A stretch of 64,000 nt of DNA from Eledone cirrhosa (Eukaryota). The position numbers and the translations under genes were made by a program. The notes beneath the pieces are model-generated. The model worked only from the letters and a program-made list of their open reading frames with translations, was not told the origin of the DNA and ran no database searches. The stretch covers positions 149,420,001-149,484,000 of the forward strand of contig OZ024740.1 of the NCBI GenBank assembly GCA_964016885.1, written 5' to 3'. Positions 49,780-62,879 of the stretch are shown in pieces (positions within the stretch are counted from its first letter, which is position 1; every line of letters begins with the position of its first letter).

Positions 49780-51647
49780 TAGAAATAGAAAGCAACCTGC
49801 AGGAGAAGGATTTGGAAGTTGAAGGAGCCCCTAGTCTATAACAAATTTAGGAATATCATAATTGATGCTTCTGACAAGGAAGAAGAAATAGCAACATAGA
49901 ATATAGAACAGTGGGAATTCCTGAGAGACAATCTACTGAAGGCCACAAATGAGATATATGGCTGGAACAGAGGTCCAGGAAGTGACTTGGTGGTGGAATA
50001 GTTGGGGAGATGAAGCAATTAAAGTCAAGAGGCAGGCATGGAAAAAATGGCAAAATGTAGGAAGCAGAGAGCTTTACCAAGAGGCCAGGGGAGAGGCTAA
50101 GTGACAAGTATACTTTGAAGGGAGGAAAGTTTATGCATGTTATGCAGCATGAAGACCAAAGATGGAAGGTGTTCAGGATCATGAGGCTATGTGTCAGGGA
50201 ATATTGTAATGTTGTCTGAAATGACAATGGTGCACTTACCCTCACTGATGCTGAGTGTCATGAAAGACAAATGAATGAGGAGACTGATGAAGGAGGAAAA
50301 TAGCCTGCCCCAAGTGGACCCAAATGAGACACTAGCTGTACAAGTCAGCAGAAGCATAATAAGTAAGGCAATTAAGGATATGAAGACACACAAATCAGCG
50401 AGGCCATTGGGAATAGTTGCTGAGATGGTGAAAGCATCTGGGATAGTAAGTCACACCATAATCACCCATATTGTAAGCCAAGTAATACACAATGATGCTA
50501 TACCCAATGATTGGCATAGCAGTATCATGGTCAACTGCTACAAGGTTAAAGTGGATGCACTAGACAGAGGAAACTACCGAAGCATCAAACTGATGGACCA
50601 GGTCATGGAAGTTACAAAAAGACATTGTACAACTGATTAGGGATTGAATTTAACCTAGATGAGATGCAGTTTATGTTTGTGCCAGGTAAAACTACTATGG
50701 ATGCCTTCATCCTTGTGAGGCAATGGCAAGAGAAATATCTAGCTAAAAGTAAACCTCTCTACTTAGCATTTGTTGACCTGGCAAAATATTTGACAGGGTC
50801 CCTTGTTCTGTAATCTGATGGGCACTTAGGAAACTAGGGTGGACTAGTGGTTTGTGAGGGCAGTATAAGCCATGTACGGAGGTGCAGTCAGTAAGGTTGA
50901 AATTAATAATGACTACAGTGAGGAGTTTAGCATGCAAGTTGGGGTGCACCAGCGCTCTGTCCTTAACCCTTTCCTCTTTATCATGCTCCAAGCTATAACA
51001 GAAGATTTTAAAAAAGGATGCCCTTTGGAACTCATGTATGCTAATGATCTAACTGTCATAGCTGAATCTATGGCAGAATTAAAGAACAAATTTGTGAACT
51101 GGAAGTATAACTTGGAGTAAAAGATCAACTACGCAAAAACTAACATACTAGTAAGTAAACAGCTGATCCCTTCAGGGAAATGGCCCTGCTCAGTGTGTAG
51201 GAAAGTGGTGGGTAGAAATCTCATCCTCTGTCCCAAATGCAAATTATGAGTATACAAAAGATGTAGTGCAATCTCAGGCAGGCTAGCAAATAACATAGGT
51301 TTTATACGGGGTCAATGCAAAAGAGCAGCAAGCACTCTCAGGAAGTGGTCATGATGGCAACATGACAAAAGATTCCTAACCCACACAGTAAAGTTGTTGT
51401 ATAGGTGACATGGCAAAAAGCACTCAGCCCACACTGTAAAGTGATGAAGGTGTCATGACAAAAAGCACCCGGTACTCACTGTAAATGTAGTTGGCTTTAG
51501 GAAAGACATCCAGTTATAGAAAACAAATCAAAACCAGTTCTGTATGAGCAAGACATGGTCACTTGACCTGGCTTATCTAACAACAGAACAACTCATCTAA
51601 CCCATGCTCACGTGGAAAAACGGATGTTAAATGATGATGATGATGAT
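49780..51647 (+). mobile_element. Decayed RTE LINE (family B-related), RT and 3' end
   Basis: DALDRGNYRSIKLM, GVHQRSVLNPFLF and LMYANDL motifs; (GAT)n tail at 51633-51647. Confidence 0.85.
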
Positions 51648-51699
51648 TATATATATATATATATAATATTTTTTTTCTTTGCAGAAAAGGAAAAAGCAA

Positions 51700-52400
51700 C
51701 AAAAGATGTCACATCTCAGGGTTGCTACACTTAATGTTGGCACCCTGAGAGGTAGATCTAGTGAGATAGTGGAGTTGCTAGAGAGAAGACATGTTGATGT
51801 GCTGGAGAGATGTGCTGGGGAGGTGTGATGGAGAGGTGCCTCAGCAAGACTAATCGCAGGCAAACAACTTAACTATAAACTTCTCTGGGTAGGAAATGAT
51901 GATGGGTTAGGTTATGGCCGAGAAATGCATCAACAAGACAATAGAGTAAGTAATAGAATAATTTAGATTAGATTAGTTGTAGGCAATAGACTGCTGACAA
52001 TTATCTCTACCTATGCTCCTCAAGCAGGCCTAGAAGAGATGGACTGCTTTTACAAGCAACTTCTAGAGACAACCATAATGATAGAGGACAGAGGTGGATA
52101 CACTGGGGTACATCGCAAGAAATGAAGAAGGAGTGAGGCTTCTTGAATTTTGTGATGCAAGTGAACTAACCATTTGCAACACTAATTTCAGGAAACCTGC
52201 CAACCACCTAATAACCTACCAATCAGGCGAGCACATAAGCCAGATTGACTTCCTGCTAGTTAGGCAACAAGACAGACAGATGGTTTCGAATACTAAGGCA
52301 TACCCTGGGGAAGAATGTACCCCCCCCCCCAAAAAAACATAGGTTAGTTGTTAGTGATATCTCAATAAGCAAGAGACAGAATGAGACACACAGGAAAGTA
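51700..52400 (+). mobile_element. RTE LINE endonuclease fragment
   Basis: RVATLNVGTLRGRSSEIVE; RNEEGVRLLEFC...ICNTNFRK..HLITYQSG...SQIDF. Confidence 0.82.
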
Positions 52401-52409
52401 TGGAAAAGG

Positions 52410-52474
<65 letters not shown>

Positions 52475-52685
52475 ATTTCATTTTTTTCATTTCATTTTAC
52501 GTCCCCTTTTCCCTGCTTGTGTGTGTGTATGTATATTTATATATATATATATATATATCCAGGGAATGTAATGGAAAGTTACTGTAGGTTCACTCAGGTG
52601 AGCACTCGATGTTTAGGATCATGTCAGTGGCGAGGTGTAGAGCTAGACAGAGTGTAATATAATAATTATTATATTATTATTATAT

Positions 52686-52866
52686 ATTGGCAGTATCAGT
52701 AGAGGATCGGACACCATGCTTTGCACCATAGAGTTACGGCCCTTTCCATTCTAAGTTCAAATCCTGCCGCGGTTAACTTTGCCTTTCATCCTTACGGGGT
52801 CGATAAAATAAAGTACCAGTAATACACTGGGTTTTTGCTGGCCTTGTGCCAAAAGTAGAAACAATT
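52686..52866 (+). mobile_element. tRNA-derived SINE
   Basis: Family consensus, flanked by ATTATTATTATATAT on both sides. Confidence 0.85.
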
Positions 52867-53269
52867 ATTATTATATATATATTAATGTGGGGCTGAATCA
52901 TCTTAGCCATTTAAAAACACATAAAAACTTAACTATATTTTACATATATAATTTATTTCATAATCCCATAATTTTGACACTAGGAAGTAAAAGATAGTTA
53001 TAAAGTTAAAGGTTGTATGTTTCTAAGTAGTTAAGATGACTTTCTCTCACAATAATTGCCTCAAAAAATTCCGATGATCCTTGTAGTGTGTTACCAATTG
53101 ATGCACTTAGTGTTGGATTTTTATTTTTTTTAATTTGCTTTGATTGTATATTATTGCATATTATATTTATAAGGTCCCTAGAAATAATTAATTGATTATA
53201 TGAATGTAATAAAAATTATTCTGATGTAACAAAAAAGGAGGGAGGATTTGCCTCTGAAAGATAGGTCTC

Positions 53270-55600
53270 TGTGGGCGGTGCAAGTTTATGAATCAAACCA
53301 GGAGTCCAAATACAGATCCTTCGTTGATGAAGTCACTGCAGCATTAGATGTAGTTAAGACTGAGTCATATAAACTAATATAAGACTTCAATGCACATGTT
53401 GACATTGACCACCTGACATGGACAGGAATGATTGAAAGGAACGACAATTTCAATCTAAATGTGAATGATGAGACCTTATTAGACTTCTTTTCTAACAATG
53501 GACTCTCTATTATGACACTTTCCAGCACAGAGATATCCATAAATATACATGGTATAAGGTGCATCAGGGACAATTTCGTTATTATCTTTGATATCTTCGA
53601 TTCTGTGCTGGAAGTTCATGTTAAGAGAGGGGCTGAGATGTCAACTGATCACCATCTAGTTATCTGCAACTAAAGCCAAAAAGATTGCCCTACAGGATAA
53701 AGTGGGAGGCATTGGTGGATAAGGAAGTCAGGACCAGGTATGCAGATACTATTGCATCCAAATTCAGAGAACTCCCTGAGGAAACTGAAGACCTCAAAAT
53801 GGAGTGGAGATTGTTCAGTTCAGCAGTTTCTGCTTCAGCTGTTAAATGCTGCGGGCAAAAGAGGCTTGGTGTGGCACCAGATGGTAGGAGGACTCAAAGA
53901 TGCCATCTGAGAAAAGAGGAGGCCTACAAAGCTTGGTTTGGAAATAAGTCCTCCTCCTTGCACTTGTGGTACAAGCAAACACAAAGAATCGCAGCAGAGA
54001 AAGTAAAGGTGTCCAAAGTGAAGACATGGAAGGACTTTGGGGTTAAGCTGAAATCCGATTTCAGCAAATAGTATTCTGGCAGACCATCTGCCAACTTCGT
54101 AATAAGTCCTCTTCCACACCTGCTATCAGGAATGCGTCTAGGGTACCCCTCTCCTCAGAGAAGTGCATCCTCGAGAGGTGAAGAGAATACCTTGCTGATC
54201 TCCTAAACCCGATCACAACAGCATCTGATGTACATGAGGTGCATCTGGGAGTGATAACTAATCTCTCAGAGGCTGAGATCAGAAGAACAATTAAAAAGCT
54301 CAAATGTGGCAAGGCTGCTGGGGAGGATGATATTCAGCCAGTGATATTGAAAGCCTTAAATAGAGAAAGTATTCTCTGGCTCTCTCATGTGTGCCGTGTG
54401 GCCTGGATCTCAGGAGTGATACTCTCAATTTTCTAAGAGGGAGACAAGAGAGATTGCTCCAAATATAGAGGAATCTTCTAAGCCTCCCTTGTAACGTCTA
54501 TGCTAAGTGTCTGGCAAAGAAATGTAGAGAGATTGTCAAGTTCCAAGCTAGCTGCTAATCAATGTGGTTTTCACCTCAGATTCACCACAGTCAACCAAAT
54601 ATTCACACTGTGGAATGTCTTTGAGAAATCAGAAGTACTCCTAAGTGGTGTATTCTTGCTTCGTTGACCTTCAAAAGGCATATAACCACATTCGCCTTTA
54701 TGTCTCTATATGAATGCCTGGGTATTTGTGTTCAGGTAAAGGGTGCTAAGTCAAAACCATTCAATGTAGGGGTTTGAATCTGACAAGGTTGCATATTATC
54801 ACCTCCCTGTTCATTATTTTCATGAACAGGATTGACATGTGCAGCTGGGTTGGAAGTGGTATCATGACTGGCAAGTGTAGAATCAGTCAGCTGGAATTTG
54901 CAGATGACATGGTGTTACTTAACTTGACAAAATGTTCGCTAACTTACACTTGATAGATTTGATGCAGAGTGTTGCAATGAAAATCAGTGCTGCGAAAACA
55001 GAGACACTTGTCCACTCAAGGAAACCTGTGCAGTGCACTCTACATGTGAATGGAGTTCCACTGAAGCAGGAGTTCAAGTATCATGTGGCCATGTATACAA
55101 GTGATGGAAGGCAGGAGGCTAAATTAAATGCAAGAATTGCAGGAGCTGGTGCAATAATGTGCCACCTTCAACATTCGGTAATCAGAAGAAGAGAGGTAGG
55201 TGTAAAAGCCAAACTCACTATCTTTAATGCAGTATTTGTACTCACTCATACCTATAATCATGAATCTTGGGTAATGACCAAAAGAATACAATCACGAATA
55301 TAAGCGGCCAAATTGTGGTCTTTGGTGTAACATTACTCAATAAAGTATGTTGCTCGGAGATCAGAGAGTCACTCCAGATAGAGCTGCTACTTCTCTGCAT
55401 TGAGAGATTACAGCTCCGGTACTATGGGCATGTGGTGGAATATATCTGGAAAGAATCGCTGGATAGATTTTATGGACAAAACCAACTGGCAAGAATCCCA
55501 GGTATAGACCACGAGCAAGATACTTGGCTGGTCTCGCTTGGGGATCCAACTGGATCCATTGGAGATTGTTGCTTCTGACAGGATCCACTGTGTGCAGGGT
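53270..55600 (+). mobile_element. Decayed RTE LINE (family A), long ORF2 remnant
   Basis: DFNAHV, KRGAEMSTDHHLV, GKAAGEDDI, FADD and HESWVM motifs across frameshifts. Confidence 0.85.
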
Positions 55601-55859
55601 TGTATTTAGACCTTGGTGGGGAGGGGCCAATTGTCCACTTTGTTCGCCATTAAATCCGGCCCTGTGTGCTCACAATAACAAGATTGTGTAGGACAGAACA
55701 TAGGAAAGACACAGAATGTGTGATGAAAGAGTTTTAACAATAAACAACCATCCATCTATTACAATAACCAACTGGAAGTTTATAATTAATTGAATAGAAA
55801 ACCAACAGGTGCATGTGCTTTTATTGGCAGCATGACCCTCCCAAAGTATAACACACACA

Positions 55860-55898
<39 letters not shown>

Positions 55899-55901
<3 letters not shown>

Positions 55902-56078
55902 CCAGCACTCACTGTAAATGAGGTTGGTGTTAGGAAGGGTATCCAGCTGTAGAAATCAAGCCAGAATCAGCTCCTGTATGAGCAAGACAAGGTCAGCCAA
56001 CCGGTCACTGCCCACAACAGGACAACCCGTCTAACCCATGCTAGCGTGGAAGAATGGACGTAAAACGGTGATGATGAT
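55899..56078 (+). mobile_element. RTE family B 3' end
   Basis: Reverse complement of 35400-35590; ends GTGATGATGAT. Confidence 0.85.
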
Positions 56079-56324
56079 ATATAGTGCACTGAAACTGTAG
56101 TGATTTCCTGGGGTTGTTTCAGGTGGGAATGTCCTATTTTGGATGTATATATATAAGGATTTGCAAAGTTTTATATTCCAAGAAATAATGTTAATAATGG
56201 TTTCTATGCAATTTGCTGAGAAACCTAGTTAAACAGATCCCAATACTTTATTTCATTGACCCCCGTGAATGACATATCACCAAGTCTTTTATCCAACAAT
56301 CTAACTATTTTACTAATCCACAAA

Positions 56325-57495
56325 TAATTGTTTCTGATTGAGTCACAAGGCCAGCAATTTGGTATTGATGGGAAAATCGATTAAATCGACCCCAGTACAT
56401 TACTGGTACTTTATTTTATCAACCTTGCAAGGATGAAAGGCAAAGCTAACCTCGGCGGGATTTAAACTTTGAACATAAAGGGCCGTAACTCTATGCCGTA
56501 AAGAATATTGTCCGATGATCTACGGATACTGCCAATCAACCGCCCACAATGGTTTCTGATTTAGGTACAATTTTGGGAGAGGGGAAAGTCGATTATATCG
56601 ATTCCAGTACATGACTGGTACTTTATTTTATCGACCCCGTAAGGATGAAAGGCAAAGCTAACGTCGGTGGGGTTTGAACTCAGAAGGCCGTAAATCTATG
56701 CCGCGATGCAGGGTGTCCGACACCGACAATGATAACAATTTTGGTTCCTAACATTGGCACAAAGCCAGACATTACTGAGGCGGGATTAGTGGTTTAAATT
56801 GACCCCTGCACTTGAATGGTACATATTTAATCGAACGCGGAACGAATGAAAGCAAATTGACATCGGTGGAATTTGAAATCAGAACGCAAAAGGCTTCAAC
56901 TTAATACCACTGATATTTTATGACTCTGAAACGATTCTTCCATCCCCTGCCTTTAATAATTGTTTCTACTTTAGGCACAATGCCAGCAATTTGAAGGGGG
57001 GTCGATTAAATCGACCAGGAGCGCATTACAGTGCTTTATTTTATTGAACCCATAAGGGTGAAAGGCAAAACTAACCTCGGCGTGATTTGAACTCAGAATG
57101 TAAAGAGCCGTAACTATGCTGCGAAGCAAGGTGTCCAACGCCCTCCCTGTCCTTAATAATGATTTCTGATTTAGGCACGAGGTCAACAAATGTGGGTAAA
57201 AGGTAAAGTGATTAGATCAACACCATTACTTGACTTGTACTTTATTAACACCGGAAAGATGATAATTAAAGTTGACCCCGGCGGGATTTGAACCGCAATG
57301 ACATTTTCGTCGCTCTACCAATTCCGCTGATCCACCGTGCCGTGCCCTCGATAATAATTATAACAAATAATAATGGTTTCTACTTTTTTGGCACAAGGCC
57401 AGCAATTAATCAGTACATTACTGGTACTTTATTTTATCGACCTCTGTATGGATGAAAGGCAAAGTGAACCTCGGCGGGATTTGAACTCAGACCGT
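56325..57495 (-). mobile_element. Head-to-tail array of about six SINE copies
   Basis: SINE tails start near 56325, 56548, 56740, 56958, 57158 and 57372, all in the same orientation and variably diverged. Confidence 0.85.
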
Positions 57496-58249
57496 AATAA
57501 TATTATATATATATATATATGTGTGTGTGTGTATTTATATATTTATAAACAAGAAACTTTGCAGAGTTCAGACTACGCTCAGTTTTTATACAATATTTTA
57601 AACAATATTCTAGAAAAATATGAACGTCACAAATAACCCCATAAGGTTACAGGTGTTATTTACCTGTTGATAGATATTTCTAATTACGAATAGTCAAGAA
57701 TGTACGAGTGATTTGATTGTAGGCCGTCTTACCCGTATTATCATACACATAATTGGCATAGTGTTATCATTTTAATTAATAGGAAGTGAAATAAATATTG
57801 TTCATAGACAAAGGAAAGACCTCCCAATTGAAATTTTGAACTTTATTGTCTACTACTTTTAACTAAGATAAAGCTATCCATAAAGAATATATTTATGAAT
57901 ATTACATTAAAAAAACCTAAATTTAGAATATATTTTAAATCTATTTATCCCTGTCGGAAGTCAATGTTGTTATTTATCGACTCATTTAAAGTCTAACATG
58001 TCGCCATATTTTGATAACGACTAATTAAGTATAAACAGGTAAAAAAAAAAAGAACGTGTCTTTAACTTCTCAAAAGCTTATAGTTATTTTATATTTTTAT
58101 CTACATAGAAAATATTACTCCATACTATATTTTGAAACAGGTCAACATAAAATAAAGCCAAGACGCCATAAGATTAGTTTATACTTCACGACCTAGATTT
58201 CATTAATACAAAAAGAATTTAAGAAAAGGGGGAAAAGTTGCGAACTTAC

Positions 58250-58505
58250 GAGGTGAGAGCCACTCCCAGATTCGTCTATACTCATAGGAAAAAATATACC
58301 AGCAACCTCTGTAGCGTTTACCTTGGTAGTCTTTATAGAATGTATAATCATTGAAACAAGTTTCCCAAAGGCCAAGTTTCACGAATTTACTGTTGGCTTG
58401 TTCGAAAGATTCCAACCAGTTGGGACTGGAGAAAGCCATAACCATACAAAAAAGGGCAATGCCAGTCATGACAAAGCCGTAAATAAACATTCGATTGTTT
58501 GACAT
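58250..58505 (-). CDS. Claudin-like tetraspan protein (Pickel/Megatrachea/Kune-kune-like), coding exon 1
   Basis: ATG at 58505 (the ORF track start at 58511 is TTG). MSNNRMFIYGFVMTGIALFCMVMAFSSPNWLESF...KLGLWETCFND...YRGCWYIFSYEYRRIWEWLSP contains TM1 and the claudin W-GLW-C-C first-loop signature. Ends at a C|GTAAGT donor (phase 1). Confidence 0.93.
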
Positions 58506-58619
58506 TTTCAATGATAATCGAAGTTCTTTCTTACTGACAAGTTAATCTTTCTACTATAATTAAATTGCTACATATATCTAATGTATTTGAAAGAAAACAG
58601 TCTCAATTATTACAGCTAC

Positions 58620-58830
58620 ACAATAATCGTTTGATGGCCGCTTAAACCCGATTGGCTGCTAGCTCTGACGAGACAGCAATATGACTGAGATCAGGCAGTC
58701 AGGCTTGCTACCTACCTACTTTTAAAGTTACTACACTATTTACAATTGTTATCTTCAGGTAAGGACAGGTGAGTAACTAAATCAGCGAAGTAGTTCATCT
58801 AGTGACAGCAGTTGGCCGCATATCACCTGG
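58620..58830 (-). promoter_or_regulatory. Putative proximal promoter of the claudin-like gene
   Basis: Non-repetitive, slightly GC-richer stretch upstream of the ATG with a CCAAT box (ATTGG 58651-58655 on +), E-boxes CAGGTG 58766-58771 and CACCTG 58824-58829, and CAGGTA 58756-58761. Confidence 0.4.
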
Positions 58831-60539
58831 GGAAACAACTAATCAACAAGTATGCATATGGATATATATATATATAATTAGTATTACTAAGAAATTGATT
58901 ATATTTTTAAATATATACGTTCTAGAATGACAAAATAGTATACAAAAAATGGATTTACGCATAGTAGTAGAGAGCAAACAAGTAAACAATAAAAGCTTTC
59001 TCTCTTAAGGTACATATACATATCTAAAACACGTATTTATTGTCGAGGTTTAAACAGATATCTATGCGCTGAGACGAAATTCTATGTATAAAGACACCAT
59101 ATATATATATATATATATAAATATGGGTTGACCCATGGCTATAAAACAGAATTCCAAGTTCATAATTAAAAATAAAGAGGTAGTGACATTCCTTTAATTC
59201 TTTTTCAACATTTCAAATGATGAGAAAGAAAGCAAGTCGGTTTTGATTCCCAATTTAAACTATTTCACTTCATATATGCAACCAACTTCCTTTGAAAAAG
59301 TATGAAGTTACACAAATTCCTTCTCCTTCTATAAACTTTATGCTTAAGTTAGAAATCAATACCATATTTTTAATTAAATTTACAGCCAATGAATTTCAAT
59401 TATTTTCAAATAATCAAGAATTTAGAGGATCTAAAAAAAATAACTAACATTCTCATTATGAAGTTGTTTAGAATATAAATTAAGAAAAGGTTCTTAGAAA
59501 AATTCGAAAAGGGATGTTTAGATTTAAACATAAATACTTTAAAACACAATTTTTTATAGTACCAGGAGCAGTTTCTGACAGGTTGGAATCAAAAGTGTTA
59601 AAACTCCAAACCATCTAAAACTGCCTCTATTGAATAGTACAATTTAACTCTTGGACTGAAATCTTAATACATGCTAAATAATAAATTTCAGTTGATAAAT
59701 ATTGTCTTGTCAATGCCAATATTTGTTTGTTATTATTAATTTAAAAGTTAGTTATCTCCGTAAACCTCTCATAATTTATTATTTTGATAATTAAAACCCA
59801 AGGGCAATATATTCTTATTAGAAATAGTGTCTCAAAAGGATTAAAGAAATCAGTAAAGATGCTGTTGAAGAGAATAATTCATGTCACAAATTTGATAACT
59901 TGCCATTTTAAATTTAATTATCAGTGATGTTGCCCCAAATAAGCCTTGATCATGCAGACCGGTGTCCAAATGTGTTTTAACCATTGCCATTCAGTTATTT
60001 ATTTTTCTAAGACTACATTATCCAATGAGCCATAGTCTTTTTTTAACAGTAGGGTGCAATTTTTGGCAGAGCAGTTCTGCTAGAGAATGGATTGCAGGTG
60101 ATAGATAGCAATACAGTCACTAGATGTTGGTTAGTTGTGATATAAATGGGTTCCTGCCAAACAAATAGGCAACCTCAGCCCAAACAGCAGTAACCTACTA
60201 GAAGAGAGGGATGGGTGACACTGTCAGCTCTCAAGAAAACTTTCACAACCCAGCAACAGTTATGATGAGGCTAGTAAAGGCCCCTCAAGAAATGTCTAGT
60301 CTTTGCAGGTCTGAAGAAATTACAAAATTCGTAACTGGTATGAACAAGACCACCAATAACTGTAGTATAGTCAGATGTAACATATGCAACTATACCACAT
60401 CGTTCATCGTGCTGTATAATGTGTTCAGGGTCTTAGGTAGAAGGGCCTGTTTGGAAAATATATTGCAGTCTCCATTCCATTCAACATCATAAAAAACTGG
60501 CGATGCGCCTGTGATCTGTCCTGGGAGGCATGCAATGGA

Positions 60540-61370
60540 TGCACAAAGGTTTTATATCCTGAGACCCCAAAGAGGGTTCAGAAGGGAGCAAACATTAATA
60601 ATTGGGAATTGGAACATTACAACCCCTACAGGTAAGGAGCAAGAACTAGTGGCTGAGGCTAGGTATAGCTGGGCATTTTTCAACAAAGTTTAGTGGTTCT
60701 GGTACTGAAGATTTGATTAGAGGATGGAAACTCTCCTATTCAGGTGAGGTGACAAAAAGGACTGCGAAGGGCAGGAGTAGGGATACTCACAAGTCTTTGG
60801 CTGTTGAAATGTGTTATGGATTGGATCCCATTCAGTCCAGGGATTTGTCTCTTGAAGCTCTATGGAGGGTGCACGTTTATGCACCAAACAGAATCCGAAT
60901 ACAGGTCTTTCCTTGATGAAGTCACTGCAGCATTAGATGTAGTTAAGACTGCAACATATCCTAATGAAAGACTTCAATGCACATGTTGGCGGCACTGACC
61001 ATCTAATCTGGAAAGGAGTGATTGCAAGGAACAGTGATCCTGTTCTAAATGAGAACCAAAAGGCAAATGGGTGGCCTTATTAGACTTCTGTTCTAGTATT
61101 GGGCTCTCTATTATGTACACCTTCCAGCACAAAGACATATACAATTATATAAGGTATAAGGGAAATCATAGACAGATCAGTGATTGATTTTTATTGTCTT
61201 TGATCTCTGTAATTCCATGTTGGGTGTTTGTGTTAAGAAAGGAGCTGAGCAGTCAACTGACCAACATCAAGAAAACCCACAAAATCAGCATGCCCAACTT
61301 GACTTACAGGATTAAGTGCTGGTTGATGAGGAGGTTAGGACTAAGTATGTGGATACTATTGCATCCAAAC
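60540..61370 (+). mobile_element. RTE family A endonuclease fragment
   Basis: IGNWNITT..GKEQELV; FLDEVTAALDVVKT shared with 53320-53360. Confidence 0.75.
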
Positions 61371-62350
61371 AGTTGTGCAAAATGCCACTGGAAAACTGCA
61401 CACATCTGTTTGGAATCTAGCAGCACTAACCCATTTTGGTCCATCAAAGACTAAATTTTGGCTTTATTGCCTTAGCTCTGACAATGCAACCTTGGTCTTT
61501 CACATTGAAGAAACGGTCAAATGCCATTCTTGTAGCTGGCATGTTGGTTGCAATGCCACTCCTAATTGCCTCTTCTAGTTTAGCTGCTAACTCCTCCTCT
61601 GCTCTATTTTTTTGTTGCTACATTTTTACTAAAAGCTATTGGTTCTACTCTAATCTCTCTTGAGATTGCCCTACAACTTATTGGTGATTGCCCCTGTCAA
61701 CAATTGCTTAACTAATGTTCTAATTTGGTCACTGTAGACTTTACTTGTTGGGAACAATGCATTAAGCTTCCAGTAATTGGGTCCCTTTCTATGTGTTCTA
61801 TCTAAGTTGACCATGCAGATCACGGATTTGTGTTCTGAATAAGCAACCATTTGCAGTTGTGGACACCCTATGCTATGCCTATCTCCTAATCTAATGCACA
61901 TTTGGGAAATCTGTCAAGACAGTTGGAATTATCTAATCAGGTTCTTGAAGCTTTTGAACTCCCTGCTTCTATCAGATACTCCCTCAGTCCAAGTTTGCAT
62001 TTGCAGCTAAAATGCCATTCCAGTTTGCAGAAAATAGTAAAGGACAAGATGTTCTAATGAAAGCTTGCTGACGCCTGAAAAACTCTGGCCGTCCAGCCCT
62101 AGTCGGGGCATTGACAGCCACCACTCTAAAAGCATCACATTCGCTATTGTTCCCATCCAGGACCACCAATTTACTATCTGGGTCCAGGAAGACCATCCAT
62201 ACCTTAAGATCCAGGCTTTTCCTAAACAACAGTGCCACCCAGCCTCTCATTCAAAGCTGATAAAGAGATGTGTAGATCTGAAAGTCATGAAAAATGGGAG
62301 CTAGTGAGTGTGTCAGAAATGCTAGTCTTCAATTGAGATATGTTAACGAA
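61370..62350 (-). mobile_element. Tx1/L1-like LINE endonuclease fragment
   Basis: GWVALLFRKSLDL...FRVVAVNAP; YSEHKSV...GPNYWKLN. Confidence 0.75.
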
Positions 62351-62879
62351 AGGAAGGAATATTATCATAAGACCATAATATACAGACAACCATTCTTTCA
62401 GAAACTCAACTTTAAGGTGATGCTCAACGCGATGAGTTTGCAGGTGGCAACATCATTTTCTGGAAGGGAAAATCAAAAGAAGAGCAATGGTACATTTGTG
62501 TTGGTTTTGCAATTGATTCTGAAATGTTTAAAAACTTCCAATTTCTATAAACAAGAGATTTATGACTGCATCATGTGGTGGAGGGGGCAAAACATTGTTG
62601 TTACACTGGAATATGCTATAACCAATCATAGGGACTACTCTGGTGAAAATGATGCCAAGGTTCAGAGACTCTTGTTTGCAAAGCACAATACTCACAGTAT
62701 ATTACTGCGAGGTGGGCTAACAGTTGAGCAGTGGAATTTACTGCTTGTATCTGCAGTAATCACTGAAGCAGATACACCCTGTGGAAAAGTCTTGACTATA
62801 ACATTCATGTTGCCACTAATACTAAGTAGCTCTGTCATCCCATGTTCCAAGTTTATTGGACTAAAAGTTCAGCTTCAGC

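Noticed and set aside
58506-58511. ORF-track start (MK...) and read-through extensions of the claudin exons
   Set aside because: 58511 is TTG and the first ATG is at 58505. Sequence past the 58250 donor and before the 28402 acceptor is intronic.
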